Part shown: piece after piece, positions 63,531 to 64,000 of the stretch
Position numbering within the stretch: the stretch's first letter is position 1
How the letters are laid out: every line of letters begins with the position of its first letter
Origin: Cetorhinus maximus
Taxonomy: Eukaryota
Assembly (NCBI RefSeq): GCF_964194155.1
Contig: NC_135885.1
Location: forward strand, 67,084,001 to 67,148,000
Direction of reading: 5' to 3'
DNA: 64,000 nucleotides
Position numbers and translations under genes: made by a program
Notes under the pieces: generated by a model
Seen by the model: only the letters and a program-made list of their open reading frames with translations
Told to the model about the DNA's origin: nothing
Database searches by the model: none

Positions 63531-64000
63531 ACTTAAGCACACTGCACACATGTAGATTAATTGGAGAACAGTGTAATCTGGGAGAATAAATCACCAAATT
63601 ACTTCAGGAAAAATAATCCAAAAACAAGTAGTTTATATGCTTCTGGCCTCAATAATTTAATTATTTTCCTCTACTTTGTTGCTTATAACTCTTGCTCTAT
63701 TGATCACATTTCTAAAATATAAAAGCTACTAAAATACTCATTATGCTATGATTTTTGGTGATGATGAGATCATGTTATTCATGCATATTATATTTGCATT
63801 ACAAAATAATGTGGGTACCACCATTCATCTTTGCTGCTCTGATGGTTCATTGGGTAAATCCATCTAAGATAATACTGAGCCATGTGAACCTGAAAAGTCC
63901 TGGATTTGATTGTGATTTATGACAGTTGACTGCAGTACCCTTGGGCTTGGAAGGGAAATAGCAGCAATCATTCTAGCCCAAGATCATTATAATGGGCAGT

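Overview
Vertebrate genomic DNA, most likely a cartilaginous fish (shark). This is inferred from the SacSINE1/Deu-type SINEs, the CR1/L2/Penelope repeat content and the gene sequences. The window holds the conserved EIF5B(-)/TXNDC9(+)/MRPL30(-)/MITD1(+) block. EIF5B coding exon 1, all four TXNDC9 coding exons (225 aa), all five MRPL30 coding exons (151 aa) and the first MITD1 coding exon were assembled by hand with canonical splice sites. Much of the rest is decayed transposons: CR1, L2, RTE and Tx1/L1 LINEs, Penelope elements, five solo LTRs, SINEs and one structurally complete PIF/Harbinger. The most unusual signals are: (1) an ORF1-less APE-RT LINE with a tRNA-like Pol III head, plus a SINE that is its internal-deletion derivative; (2) two divergent H2B pseudogenes sharing ~220-240 bp of upstream flank inside MRPL30 intron 1; (3) short Penelope-derived insertions carrying hammerhead-ribozyme motifs with 14-15 bp target-site duplications, one of them a near-perfect fold-back; (4) a 33-bp minisatellite derived from the SINE Deu core. 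All identifications are by eye and from recall of known families; no database searches were run.
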